Notes: generated from the letters alone by a model not told the origin. 64,000 bases of DNA from a virus (IMGVR_UViG_3300003691_000001:1-64000), one strand, 5' to 3'; shown: positions 10,244 through 21,282, counted from the first letter of the stretch. Numbers and translations are program-made.

Positions 10244-12807
10244 TAAAGATAGTAAGTAAACGTGTATGGTTAGGTGATATTGAAACAGATGGGTTGCTTG
10301 ATGAGTGCACGAAAGCTCACTGTTTTGTATTTACTGATGCCAAGAAAGAACATATACGGATCTTTGCAAGACTCAAAGACCTCACAGAAGAGTTCATTAA
10401 AAGTTTAAATGCATCATACAATATTGTATGGTATGCGCTAGAACAGTTTGGTGAATGGCTGCGGAGTGGTGAAGTATCTGGAATAGGTATTCATAACCTA
10501 TTCGGATTCGATGCACCTGCTATGGAGATGCTTGGATACATATCAGGGTACGATATAAGCCCTGAAGGTATTGACGGGTTAGACATAAAACTGTACGATA
10601 CACTGGCAATGTCTCGTACACTCTGGCCTGATCGTCCAATGCCTGCAGGATGCCCTGTTAAAGTGTGGAACCCTGTGAACAAGGTGTACAACACGATTGG
10701 TGCACATGGACTTATGGCCTGGGCATACCGTACAGCGGGTACAAAACCTGCAGTACACGATTGGAGAGACCAAGAAGCCTGGGTATACCTTGACCGGTGT
10801 GTAGAGGATACACTCAATACATCAGATACGTGGGGAATGCTACTTAAAGAGGCTACTAAGAAGGCCATAGGTGCTAAAAATGGATGGACAGATGCCCTGC
10901 GGCTATCAAACCAGTCATACTTTGGGATGTGTGAGCAGGAACGTACCGGCGTACCGTTCAGGATTGAAGAGGCTAAGAAGCTTGTAGTACATATTGATAA
11001 CCTTATGAAATCCATAGAAGATTTTGTAGAACCTAGGCTACCTGAACGTACCCTACCAGCCGGTGAACAGCTTAAATTCCCTGCAGAACCCTTTAAAGGT
11101 GATGGAGAGATAAGCTCTTATGGATGGGGTTACCTACGTAAGATAGGGTACGAGCTTGAAGAGAAGGCTTTTGAAAAGATAAAGTTCCCTGCTAACCCTT
11201 TCAAAGGGGATGGAGGTGTCAGTGCCTATGGAGCTAAATTCATGGAGTCTGAGGGACTTTCCACAGCAGATGAACTACGTGCCAGGGGTGAAGAGATCGC
11301 CGCTCACAACGCAATACAGCCCCTCTCAGGGGACTTATTGACACAGGGCAGGTTGGATCTTGAAAACAAGAAGACAATCGTCCTGAAAGCCGCTATGAAG
11401 CTGTCCAACCAGGCAGACATAAAGGAGTGGCTGTTCACAGCTGGGAACTGGAAGCCTCAACACTGGGGTACCAAGAACGTAACTGTAGACGGTAACAAGA
11501 AGGCTCGTAAAAAGGACGAGATTGCAGAGAAGCTGGGTGAATACTATGATAAGACTCGAGAGAGTGTATTCAAGTATGCCATCTATAAAGAACTTAAAAT
11601 GAACTTTCAGACTATGGACCGGTCTAAAGCTATTCAGAAGCTTGAACGGAAGGCTAGGTTCTTACCTACTACTCCAAAGTTTAAGGATCAAACGGGACAG
11701 TTATGCACAAACCTTGAGCATGTAGAGGGAGATCTTGCAGCAAGGATTGTAAAGTGGTTAAGTATGCGTAATCGACGCACAACATTGCTACCATTAGATG
11801 AGAAGAAGACCACAGGTTGGTTAAACCATCCACGACTTGCAATAGATGGCCGATTACCAGCTGGATCAAGTGGACTGGCTAACACGACTAGACAAAAACA
11901 CAGAACGGTCGTTAACGTGCCTAAGGCTGATCCAACAGTTCTCCTTGGAAGGGAGATGAGAGCCCTATACTATGCACCAGAGGGATGGATGTTCCAAGGG
12001 GTGGATGCCGATGCATTAGAGGCACGTGTAGGTGGTTGGTATGCATGGGTTACAGGAGGAGATGGAGGGCTATACGCTAAAAAGGTATTAGCTCCTAAAG
12101 GTCCTAATGAATTTCATACAGCTAACGCCAGAGATTACTCCAATGCAGCTGGGTTTGAGATAACCCGAAGCAAAGGTAAGAATATTACATATGGTGTAAT
12201 GTACGGAGCCGGTGCAGCGAAGGTTGCAGCCATGCTTGGAATCTCTGTAGTACTTGCACAGAGGGTAATTGATGCGCTATGGGATAACAACCCAGGGTTG
12301 AAAAAGTGTAAAGAGAAGCTAGAGAAACATTGGGAAGCAACAGGTAAGCGATACATACGTGGCATAGATGGCCGTAAGATCTATACACGTTCAAAGCACA
12401 GCTTGTTAAACTGCTTGTTCCAATCAACGGGTGCAATAGTAATGGACTTAGCAGGTGTTATCACTCGTGAAAAGATTGCAGAAGAGGGTTTACAAGACTC
12501 TTATCAACGTGTAATATATATGCATGATGAATACCAGAACCTAATCAGAGAGGATATGGTGGAGGTTAAAAAGTTTTCAACTAAAACACTTGCAGAAGCT
12601 TTTGATGATAGCAAGATGTGGTCAGGGATTAAGGAAGATAATAATCCTGACCATGATGAAGAGTACGATGGACCATGTACTATTTACTACTCAAGAGCAG
12701 CTGAGATCAGTGCATGGGCTATTGAAGAAGCTGGAAAGCGACTTGGATCACCTGTACCCATCACAGGTGGATATGATTTTGGTATGGACTGGAGTGAAAC
12801 GCATTGA
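10234..12807 (+). CDS. DNA polymerase, family A, T7 gp5-like
   Basis: Exo I DIETDGL. Motif B RSKGKNITYGVMYGAGAAK. Motif C YMHDEYQ. Motif A region LYYAPEGWMFQGVDADALEAR. Confidence 0.85.
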   Translation: MEVIKIVSKRVWLGDIETDGLLDECTKAHCFVFTDAKKEHIRIFARLKDLTEEFIKSLNASYNIVWYALEQFGEWLRSGEVSGIGIHNLFGFDAPAMEMLGYISGYDISPEGIDGLDIKLYDTLAMSRTLWPDRPMPAGCPVKVWNPVNKVYNTIGAHGLMAWAYRTAGTKPAVHDWRDQEAWVYLDRCVEDTLNTSDTWGMLLKEATKKAIGAKNGWTDALRLSNQSYFGMCEQERTGVPFRIEEAKKLVVHIDNLMKSIEDFVEPRLPERTLPAGEQLKFPAEPFKGDGEISSYGWGYLRKIGYELEEKAFEKIKFPANPFKGDGGVSAYGAKFMESEGLSTADELRARGEEIAAHNAIQPLSGDLLTQGRLDLENKKTIVLKAAMKLSNQADIKEWLFTAGNWKPQHWGTKNVTVDGNKKARKKDEIAEKLGEYYDKTRESVFKYAIYKELKMNFQTMDRSKAIQKLERKARFLPTTPKFKDQTGQLCTNLEHVEGDLAARIVKWLSMRNRRTTLLPLDEKKTTGWLNHPRLAIDGRLPAGSSGLANTTRQKHRTVVNVPKADPTVLLGREMRALYYAPEGWMFQGVDADALEARVGGWYAWVTGGDGGLYAKKVLAPKGPNEFHTANARDYSNAAGFEITRSKGKNITYGVMYGAGAAKVAAMLGISVVLAQRVIDALWDNNPGLKKCKEKLEKHWEATGKRYIRGIDGRKIYTRSKHSLLNCLFQSTGAIVMDLAGVITREKIAEEGLQDSYQRVIYMHDEYQNLIREDMVEVKKFSTKTLAEAFDDSKMWSGIKEDNNPDHDEEYDGPCTIYYSRAAEISAWAIEEAGKRLGSPVPITGGYDFGMDWSETH

Positions 12808-12821
12808 TAACTTTACACCGT

Positions 12822-12845
12822 AAAGGGGATGGAACCCCTTTTGTA
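12822..12845 (+). terminator. Intrinsic terminator-like hairpin after the polymerase gene
   Basis: aaaggggATGGAAcccctttt, i.e. a GC stem plus a T run. Confidence 0.5.
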
Positions 12846-13936
12846 AACTTACAGGGACAGTGCGTGTTCAAGAAGGAGGGTGTGAACTTTGCACTCACCA
12901 TTGAACAGATGAAGGAAATGCAAGCAATACTTCAGAAGACTTTAGAGGAGGTGAAAGAGGATGGAAGATCCATTTAAGATTAAAGTTCTCATAGACACAG
13001 ATTCAGAGTTAGTACCATCTGATCATATCGCTATGAGACATATGAGGAAGTGGGTTCAGGCATGGAGAGATGATCCAGGTGGGGACCCTTACGTTAAAGT
13101 ACGTACAGGGGCAATGCTGACATGTATGCAGACTCTTCACTTTCTTAAGGAGGTAGAGATCACAGGAATATACTATAGAGGTAAGGTAATCCAAGTAGAT
13201 GAGCAAGGCTTCCTAATGGAAACTCTTTACGTATTTAACGAAGGACTTCAACTTTGTAAGAATCTAGTTATAATGCGAGGGGCGGGTGGTTGAAAACATG
13301 AAGATAGGTCTTAAATGTTTTAATCAAAGATCATATGAAGGTCACTGCTGCTGTAATTGCAGTGCACAGATTGAAATACGGTGTCACCCTGGTAACACAG
13401 GGGATGCAAAGGGTCTAACAAGTGAAACATTTGCATGGGCGTGTCAACGTACACACTATAACCATGCAATATTCTTCACGGGTAAACACGGTATGTGCGA
13501 AATGCACACAACAGAAAGGAGAAAACCATGGAGTTATGGGTAATAGGAGTAGTATCGTTTGTAATTGTAACCATCATATTTTGGCCAGTAATTAAAGGAT
13601 CACCTGGTCCAAGGTTATCAGGGTTTGATGCTTCCAATGCAGCTATAGCAGGGAGTGTATGCTTTGACTGATAAGATAACGGTTACACAGCTCACCCCTT
13701 TACATGAAGATAGCGAATGCTACTGGGATGAACAACAGGAGTATGTCAGAATCCTATTTAACGGAGATGACCAGATGTATGTGGGTGAAGGTGAGCCCGA
13801 AGATATGACTCTGGGCAGAAATCTCAGTGATCTATATAATGTCATGGGCATGCTAGAAGAGATGTATGAAGCCGGTAAAGCCGGTAAAGAAGTTATATTT
13901 AAGTGTGAACAACCCGTTAAAGGATAGGAGAGATGT

Positions 13937-14875
13937 ATGTGGTTTAAGAATGCAAGGTTTTATCAATTTACAAAACCTTTTACAACAAGTACAGAAGAAC
14001 TGGAAGAGCTTCTAGAAGAGGATGCCTTCACACCCTGTGGTAAGAGTGACATGTCACAGTATGGTTGGGTATCCCCCTTACAAAGCCAAGGGGAAATGTT
14101 CACACACTGTCAAAGTGATTACATCATGATCTGTGCAAAGAAGCAGGAGAGATTACTACCTTCTTCTGTAATAAATCAAGAGGTGCAGCGCATTGTATCT
14201 GATATTGAAGCTCGTGATGGACGTAAGATGTTCCGTAAAGAACGTATGCAGATTAAAGATGAAGCTACTTTGAACCTTATCCCAAAGGCATTCACTAGAG
14301 ATCGTCTAACATATGCATATATCTCTTTACGAGACCATATGATTGTTGTAGACTCTGCAGCGCCTAAAGAGGCTGAAGAATTACTATCCAAGTTACGTGG
14401 TACACTAGGAACATTACCTGTGGTACTGCCTCGTACAAAGGGGATACCTTCTGATATCATGACAACATGGTTGCAATCTCAGGATGCAACTGATAATCTA
14501 CACATCGGAACAGACTGTAAGCTGACTAACCCTTCTATAGTAGGTAATACAATTACCTGTAAGCTACAAGAGCTTGAGTCAGATGAAGTGAACTCTCATG
14601 TATGTGCAGGGAAGGTTGTTGAACAGCTCAACCTTATATGGGATGGGAGTATTGATTGTAAGGTGTCAAGTGACTTAGTAATCAAGTCTGTGAAATTCTC
14701 AGATATGATTAAAGAGAAAGCTTATGATACAGATGCTGAAGACTATGCAATGCAGTTTGATCAAGATTTTGCAGTGATGACTTTAACCTTCTCTGCATTC
14801 TTTGAAGACTTGCTGAAAGCTTTTGGTGGGTATGCAAAGAAATATGAAGTAGAGGAAGAAGTATGTGCTGGCTAG
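13937..14875 (+). CDS. rdgC: Recombination-associated protein RdgC
   Basis: MWFKNARFY, AFTPCGKSDMSQYGWV, MICAKKQERLLPSSVI and LPVVLPRTKG parallel the E. coli RdgC N-terminus. Length 312 aa. Confidence 0.7.
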   Translation: MWFKNARFYQFTKPFTTSTEELEELLEEDAFTPCGKSDMSQYGWVSPLQSQGEMFTHCQSDYIMICAKKQERLLPSSVINQEVQRIVSDIEARDGRKMFRKERMQIKDEATLNLIPKAFTRDRLTYAYISLRDHMIVVDSAAPKEAEELLSKLRGTLGTLPVVLPRTKGIPSDIMTTWLQSQDATDNLHIGTDCKLTNPSIVGNTITCKLQELESDEVNSHVCAGKVVEQLNLIWDGSIDCKVSSDLVIKSVKFSDMIKEKAYDTDAEDYAMQFDQDFAVMTLTFSAFFEDLLKAFGGYAKKYEVEEEVCAG

Positions 14876-15099
14876 GGTTCTTCATAGGTCTCTTAGTAGC
14901 CGTATTCTTCACTATCATGAGTGAATTTGAATAATGGTTAGAACAATTAATTGGTGGGTAACACCACCTATAGGAGGTGAAGTGGAAACCGATGATACAG
15001 ATGTAACAGGTGCCGGTGCATGGGCTGTATGTTTAGTATTCTTAATCCTATCACTAAGTGCTATCATGCTTCAACAAATAGCAGCAGGGACATACTAAA

Positions 15100-15444
15100 A
15101 TGGCCCTTCGTAAAGGTAGAAGAGCTACCCCTGCAGACTTGGAGTTTAACAAAGGTGTCACAATTAAAGTAGTTAATGCAGAGATGAAGATATCTGGCTA
15201 CATAATGAAGTTTGCAGGTTACGATGAAGACTATGACTGGCCTGTGTATCGGATAGACCGTTTACCAGGTACAAAGTATGCTATAAAAGATCCTTTTGTA
15301 CGAGTGTACGCCATTGGTGACTACACTGTTGCTGAATGGATACACATACTGAATGTAAGGCTCATAGGAACCTGTGTACAGGCTAGTAGGGCAGCAGTCA
15401 GAAGGCGTTACAGGGCTAAGAAGAGGAGAGAGAAGAATGGATAG
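15100..15444 (+). CDS. Hypothetical protein with a basic C-terminus
   Basis: RRRYRAKKRREKNG tail. Confidence 0.35.
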   Translation: MALRKGRRATPADLEFNKGVTIKVVNAEMKISGYIMKFAGYDEDYDWPVYRIDRLPGTKYAIKDPFVRVYAIGDYTVAEWIHILNVRLIGTCVQASRAAVRRRYRAKKRREKNG

Positions 15445-15585
15445 AGTAAGAACTGTCGCTGTAATCTGTGTAAATACGTCTCCATATACTGATATATCAT
15501 TAGGAAAGGGATATTTTGCAGTGGATAATATGGATGGGACATATACCTTGGAAGATGATAATGGTACCCAGGCAACATACCCTGA

Positions 15586-16836
15586 ATGGAGGTTTGTAGA
15601 ATGTTAGAACAGTTACAAAAGCTATACGGCCATGATAAGAAAGGTGGTGTAAAGGTTTGGTGGGTTGAAGTGGATGGCGCTGTAATCACTACACACTATG
15701 GAGCCCTGGACGGTGCAATCACCACAGAGACAAGCCCTCCTTGCATAGGTAAACAGAAGCGGAATAATGAAGAGCAGGCTGAATTCGAAGCCCTTAGTAA
15801 GTGGAACAAGAAGAAGGATGATTCCTATGCAATCACTGTAGAAAGTATCCCTACATCTCGTAAACCTCCGCTAGCTAAAAAATACTATGAACATGTGAAT
15901 AAGTTCAAGCCTGGATACCTTGCAAGTGCAAAGTTGAATGGTGTAAACTGTTCAATATACCTAGATCAAGATGAATCAGTGTTCTTCCAATCAAGGGGTG
16001 ACAAACCTTACCCAGTGATAGGAGCTATCGCCAGGGAATTAGATCTGAAACTTTTCACCAAGTATCCAGACGCTACTGTTGTAGGGGAGATGTACGTACA
16101 TGGTACATGGCTTGAAGATATTACAAGTTATACAAAGCGTACCCAGGAAGGTAGTAATGACTTACAGTTCCACATATTTGAGGTATGCTTCCCGCATGCA
16201 CCTGATATGCCATTTAAAGCGCGCATGGAGCTTCTAGAGGAGTTATGGGAGTCTAGTCCATATGATGCGAATGATAGGACTTTCCTTCTAAACCAGAATA
16301 GAATGGAGTCTGAAGAGCAGTTTGATGAATTCCATGTATACTGTAAAGACGAAGGTTATGAAGGTTCTGTAATACGTGACCCTGAAAGTGTATTCACATT
16401 CAAAAGCCGAGATGTGAACTACCTTAAGCGTAAGGATGAATTGGATGCAGAGTTCCAGGTCATAGGTTTTGAACAGGATAAGAAGGGAGGAGGTGTACCA
16501 GTATGCTTGTTACCCGATGTACGTCCTACAAACAGTATGACCACAGACTTTGATGCGTGTAACACCGAGAACAGGAAGAAGGCACTAGCCTACTTCAATG
16601 AACATGGTAACTGGGCAAAGGCTACAGAGAAGCACGGAGTGTTTAAAGCTAATAAGAAAGGTAGCTCTAAGACCGGTGCACGTGATGAACAGAAGTACAT
16701 GTGGGAGCATCAAGGCGAATTTATTGGAAAATGGTTGAACGTTGAGTTTGAATCATTTTCTAAGAAAGGGGTACCAATGAAACCAATCGGGAAATATTTC
16801 AGGGAGTGTAGCGTATTCGGGGAACCACTTGAGTAA
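15586..16836 (+). CDS. ATP-dependent polynucleotide ligase (DNA ligase-like)
   Basis: Motif I KLNGVN (KxNG, not the usual KxDG). Motif III VVGEMYVHG. Motif IV EGSVIRD. Motif V YLKRKDE. Confidence 0.65.
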   Translation: MEVCRMLEQLQKLYGHDKKGGVKVWWVEVDGAVITTHYGALDGAITTETSPPCIGKQKRNNEEQAEFEALSKWNKKKDDSYAITVESIPTSRKPPLAKKYYEHVNKFKPGYLASAKLNGVNCSIYLDQDESVFFQSRGDKPYPVIGAIARELDLKLFTKYPDATVVGEMYVHGTWLEDITSYTKRTQEGSNDLQFHIFEVCFPHAPDMPFKARMELLEELWESSPYDANDRTFLLNQNRMESEEQFDEFHVYCKDEGYEGSVIRDPESVFTFKSRDVNYLKRKDELDAEFQVIGFEQDKKGGGVPVCLLPDVRPTNSMTTDFDACNTENRKKALAYFNEHGNWAKATEKHGVFKANKKGSSKTGARDEQKYMWEHQGEFIGKWLNVEFESFSKKGVPMKPIGKYFRECSVFGEPLE

Positions 16837-17434
16837 ATTAGTATATGGTATAGGGGTTAATGACGCAGACTACAAGGTGACACATAGGGAGAAAATAGAC
16901 GGTAAATGGAAGACAACCTGGATCTGCCCTTTCTATAGGAAGTGGATCGATAGGATGACACTAGCTTACTCTGATAAGTGCCATGCAGAGCATCCTACTT
17001 ACATAGGATGCTCTGTAGCCCCTGAATGGCATAGCTTCATGACCTTTCGGTCTTGGATGATGAAACAGGATTGGGAAGGCATGCATCTGGATAAAGATAT
17101 CCTTGTCCCAGGGAACAAGGTCTATGGACCAGAGACGTGTGTATTCGTTGATCAAGCTACGAATAATCTCTTAGTTAATCATCCTGCAAAAAGAGGTGAG
17201 TACCTTATAGGAGTGTCTTGGCAGAAGGGTGCAGGGAAGTTTGAGGCACGGGTGAACAATGGAAAAGGAAAGAAAACATACCTCGGTCTGTTCTCTACCG
17301 AGGAGAAGGCCCATGCAGCATATCGTAAGTCTAAAGCAGCTGTCCTAAGAGCTGCTGCTAAAGAGCAGAAGGATGAAAGAGTAAAAGAGGCGCTCTTAAA
17401 GAGGGCTGATGAACTGGAGGTGTTACTTGAATAA
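16829..17434 (+). CDS. AP2-domain homing-endonuclease-like protein (HNH/NUMOD4-type N-terminus)
   Basis: KLVYGIGVNDADYKV..CPFYRKW N-terminal block. AP2 domain GVSWQKGAGKFEARVNNGKGKKTYLGLFSTEEKAHAAYRK. Confidence 0.6.
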   Translation: MSKLVYGIGVNDADYKVTHREKIDGKWKTTWICPFYRKWIDRMTLAYSDKCHAEHPTYIGCSVAPEWHSFMTFRSWMMKQDWEGMHLDKDILVPGNKVYGPETCVFVDQATNNLLVNHPAKRGEYLIGVSWQKGAGKFEARVNNGKGKKTYLGLFSTEEKAHAAYRKSKAAVLRAAAKEQKDERVKEALLKRADELEVLLE

Positions 17435-18197
17435 TGTACACTTAGAACTACCTGAAAATGTTAAAGGGGATGATTACATCGTTTCAGATATACACGGGAT
17501 GGTAGGCTTACTGGAAAGTGAGCTACAGGATGTAAACTTTAACTATGAAAACGACCGGTGCATTAGTGTCGGAGACTTAATAGATAGGGGTCCAGACTCG
17601 AAAAGGATGCTGGATATAGCAAAAGAACCTTGGTTCTATGCCGTGTATGGTAATCATGAAGAGTTATTTGTGAAAGCATATGAAGAGGATCTGAGTTACG
17701 GTGGACATAGTGATGCTGCACCATATAGTTTAAATACCCGTGAAGATAGCATGGTAATGTGGACTATGAACGGAGGTGGATGGACTTATGGCCTGGACGA
17801 TAAGGCAGTTAGGTCTTACGTTAACCAGTGTAAAGCGTTACCTAGATTTATCACCCTGCACCACAGAGGTGGTAAAATAGGTATTTGTCATGCACAACCT
17901 CCTACAGATGACTGGAATGATGTGTACAACCATGACATTATCACAGATAGGGAGATGCACGATTCTCTCTGGGGAAGAGATCTGGCATATCATAAGGGCA
18001 TGCAGACTTTACACTGGGTACATAACATAGAAATAACAGTACATGGGCATACACCGATGACAGATCTATGCATAAACCAAGTAGGGAATAGCTTCTTTAT
18101 TGATACAGGAGCCTTCGCCAGCCTACCTAAATTTGGTGGTAGAGGTAAACTCATGATGGCAAAAGTGGATTATCTTCTTAAAGAGTGTTATTCATGA
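17409..18197 (+). CDS. Ser/Thr protein phosphatase (PPP family, lambda-PPase-like)
   Basis: VSDIHGM, GDLIDRGPDS, GNHE, GHTP. Confidence 0.8.
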   Translation: MNWRCYLNNVHLELPENVKGDDYIVSDIHGMVGLLESELQDVNFNYENDRCISVGDLIDRGPDSKRMLDIAKEPWFYAVYGNHEELFVKAYEEDLSYGGHSDAAPYSLNTREDSMVMWTMNGGGWTYGLDDKAVRSYVNQCKALPRFITLHHRGGKIGICHAQPPTDDWNDVYNHDIITDREMHDSLWGRDLAYHKGMQTLHWVHNIEITVHGHTPMTDLCINQVGNSFFIDTGAFASLPKFGGRGKLMMAKVDYLLKECYS

Positions 18198-18888
18198 TAC
18201 AACCACTTAACTAGACATCACCGATGAGAGTATATGGTAATGAAAGAATATAAATGGCCTGAGAACCCCTATGGCCAGGAAGACTGGCCCCTATGGGAAT
18301 ACACAGAAGGTGTTGAAAACAAGCTGGATGAATTCAAGACACTATACCTATGTGAATGGAGACCTGAACAACTACATGAACTGTTCACCCGGATGAAGGT
18401 GTATTACGACACTGCACCTGGGCCCGTGTTCAGTCCTGAATGTAGAGAGAATTATAAGGTGTTCAGGGATTGGTTGAATGACCGTGAGTATACTCAAGAT
18501 GAAATTAACCAAGTTAAAAAGGAGGTGGAGAGATGCATCAGATGAATCAAGCTTGGATTGCACTGGAGAGGTTCAGAGGAAAGCCTGCACTTACTGTAGT
18601 AGAGATTAAAGATCTTGAAAACGAAGTTAACAACCTTATGGAGAAATGGCGTAAAGAGGATGACTATCCTATGTACACTCTACCTCCGCAGCTTTCATTA
18701 ATGGGTGTGCAACCTAGTCCAGAGCACTTCATAACAAGGATGCAGTTCAGGTTTGAAACATTACCAGGTAATCCTTTATTGGTTGATCATTCAACCATTA
18801 AGTATGATTTATTTAAGTAATAGGTTTCAAGGATCACCTAGTATCAAGATCCTTATATCGTTAGATCACAGAGAGAGAATATATAAAT

Positions 18889-19716
18889 ATGGCATATGTA
18901 AAAATTGCAAATGTGTTTAACCAAGGTACAGTATTAATCACTAAACACGAGGTGGATGTAAAACGTGGTCAAAGTGACGGTACATACAAAGGTTCTACCA
19001 TTATGTATGAGGACAAGGCTACAGGAGAAGCTAAGAATGCAAATATTGCATCCTTCTGGCTTGACAAGGAACAACAAGCAGGCCTTAAAGCTGCTTTCTT
19101 GGAACTTAAACCTGGAGATGATTTCACTGTATACAAGACAAAGGAAGTTCCTGAAGAGGATGTAGAGGGTAAAACATCTAGTCAGATTAGAGATGCGAAG
19201 ATAGGTTACTTTGGTATCAAGTCTATCTACCCAGGCCATATTCGACCACCAGGTATGGATGAACCTTGTTATGGTGCACCTGCACCAGCTGCAAAGGTTT
19301 CCTCCGATAAAGATAAGAAAGGATATGCAGAGGGTAACGTACTGAACGCTGTTTCTTTACTTCTTACTCCTGCAAAGTTCTTGGATGATAGTGTACTTAC
19401 TAAGGCTATAACAGCAGTAGCTGAGCTGAAGTTTCGTAAAGAAGCTGAGTACAAAGAAAAGACTAAATCTAATGACTACATCACCAGTGTAAAGGTAAGC
19501 GATGCATTGAAGTACGGTGCAACTGCTGCTAAAAAGCTGTCAGACATGGAACAGTATGTGGATCAGTTCCTCTATAAAGGGTATGAATTGGCTGAAGAGC
19601 TTGTACAGTTGCCTAAGGTAGAGAAGAAGACTACTCCTAAGCCTGAACCTGAGAAGGTAGATGAACCGGCAGTAGAGGAAGAGCCTATAATCGATGAGGA
19701 AGAAGTACCGTTTTAA
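18889..19716 (+). CDS. Candidate ssDNA-binding protein (T7 gp2.5-like)
   Basis: Acidic C-terminal tail EEEPIIDEEEVPF ending in Phe. Strong upstream RBS. Flanking hairpins. No OB-fold motif could be verified by eye. Confidence 0.4.
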   Translation: MAYVKIANVFNQGTVLITKHEVDVKRGQSDGTYKGSTIMYEDKATGEAKNANIASFWLDKEQQAGLKAAFLELKPGDDFTVYKTKEVPEEDVEGKTSSQIRDAKIGYFGIKSIYPGHIRPPGMDEPCYGAPAPAAKVSSDKDKKGYAEGNVLNAVSLLLTPAKFLDDSVLTKAITAVAELKFRKEAEYKEKTKSNDYITSVKVSDALKYGATAAKKLSDMEQYVDQFLYKGYELAEELVQLPKVEKKTTPKPEPEKVDEPAVEEEPIIDEEEVPF

Positions 19717-19725
19717 GGCTTAACA

Positions 19726-19749
19726 GTGCAGGGGTGAAAGCCCTTGCAC
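19726..19749 (+). other. Intergenic hairpin without a T tract, a possible RNase III or stability site
   Basis: gtgcagggGTGAAAGcccttgcac. Confidence 0.3.
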
Positions 19750-19992
19750 ATCACTAAGGAGGTAAGATGATAGGTGTAATAGGAGCTGTAATCCTACTAA
19801 CCATTGCATGGAAACTCAATAAGGTTCGACGGAAGTGGAACAAAAGAGTGGAGGATGGAGTGAGTGTAGGAGAAGAGTTAATCGACACGATGTTTGAAAA
19901 TGACACAGAGGATCTTAAGATCATACTGGAAAACAAACAAAAGAATTTAAACAAAAAGAGAGACCGATAGGTCTTGCATAGGAGAGATATAG

Positions 19993-21240
19993 ATGAGTCT
20001 AAAGAATATTGGAGCAGGTAAGGCCGTGGGTATCGCTATCACAGTAGTGATGACAATGATTATAATCATTGTATTAGCCACAGGAGTGAGTGTAAACGAT
20101 AACGGTTACCGTACAGTGGTACAGTATCCGAATGGTACAACTTTTGTGAAGTTTGATCCAGGTTGGTATTTGACCCTGTGGGGCACTGAAACAGTGTATC
20201 CTGATAATATTACATTCGACTTTCAAAATGGATTAGGAGTCCGTTATCAAGATGGTGGTAGAGGTACTGTAGAAGGAATCGCTAGATTTGGCTTACCAGG
20301 TGACCAACCAACCATGATGGACCTGCATAAGGCCTTCCGTAGTGAAAATGGCCTACGTACAAAGATGTTGAACACAACCGTACAAGAGAGTTTAAACCTG
20401 TCTGCCGGTTTGATGACATCTGAAGAAGCATATGCAGAGAAACGATCACTCTTTGGAGACCTGGCTAAAGATCAGGTGGCAAATGGGAAGTTGAAAACAC
20501 AACTTGAAGCTAAGAACGTGATCCTAGCAGATGGTACTGTGCAGAAGACTAACATACCTGTAGTAATCATTGGTGAAGATGGTCTACCTGAACACTATCC
20601 ATCAGATCTTTCAAGCTATGGTATCCGTACTACAAGCTTCCAAGTGAAAGAGTGGAACTTTGAACCTAAGACAGTAGACTTTATCAACTCTAAACGAGAT
20701 GCCAACATGGCTATCATTACTGCACAGGCTGACACTAAAAAGTCAGAGCAGGAGAAGTTAAAGGTAATTGCAGAGGGTGAGAAAGATGTTGCAGCTGCTA
20801 AGTATAAAGAAGAGCAACTTAAAATCACTGCAGAAGTACAGGCAGAACGTGTTAAGTCTGTTGCCCTGATTAAAGCTTCTCAGGAGAAAGAGAAAGCAGC
20901 AGAGATGACTCTTGCAGCTATTGAAGAGACTAAGCGGCAACGGCAACTGGCATTGGCAGCAGTTCAACAAGCTAAAGCCATTAAAACTCTTGCAGCAGCA
21001 GAGGCATTCAAGCGCAGAGAGTTGATTAAATCAGATAATGGTTTCAAACTGCAACTTGCTAACGACCTTGCCATTGCACGTGCATATGCTAAAGGTATGT
21101 CTGAGATGAATATGCCTGCAACCATGATCATTGGAGCAGGTGGTTCAGGTGGTAGTAGTGAGTTACAGAATCTTCTGCAGTTTCAAGTGATTGAATCAGC
21201 TAAGAAGGCTGCTAAGGTATCATCTAATACTAAACGGTAA
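19993..21240 (+). CDS. Membrane-anchored SPFH/band-7-like coiled-coil protein
   Basis: N-terminal TM AVGIAITVVMTMIIIIVLA. Long Ala/Glu/Lys heptads in the C-terminal half. Confidence 0.45.
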   Translation: MSLKNIGAGKAVGIAITVVMTMIIIIVLATGVSVNDNGYRTVVQYPNGTTFVKFDPGWYLTLWGTETVYPDNITFDFQNGLGVRYQDGGRGTVEGIARFGLPGDQPTMMDLHKAFRSENGLRTKMLNTTVQESLNLSAGLMTSEEAYAEKRSLFGDLAKDQVANGKLKTQLEAKNVILADGTVQKTNIPVVIIGEDGLPEHYPSDLSSYGIRTTSFQVKEWNFEPKTVDFINSKRDANMAIITAQADTKKSEQEKLKVIAEGEKDVAAAKYKEEQLKITAEVQAERVKSVALIKASQEKEKAAEMTLAAIEETKRQRQLALAAVQQAKAIKTLAAAEAFKRRELIKSDNGFKLQLANDLAIARAYAKGMSEMNMPATMIIGAGGSGGSSELQNLLQFQVIESAKKAAKVSSNTKR

Positions 21241-21245
21241 GTAAA

Positions 21246-21273
21246 CACCCCTCCTCGAAAGGGGAGGTATTTA
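21246..21273 (+). terminator. Terminator-like hairpin
   Basis: cacccCTCCtcgaaaggGGAGGtattt. Confidence 0.4.
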
Positions 21274-21282
21274 GGAGAGAGC

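Noticed and set aside
19726-19749. Hairpin after the SSB-like gene read as an intrinsic terminator
   Set aside because: There is no downstream T tract. It is kept only as a possible processing or stability hairpin.
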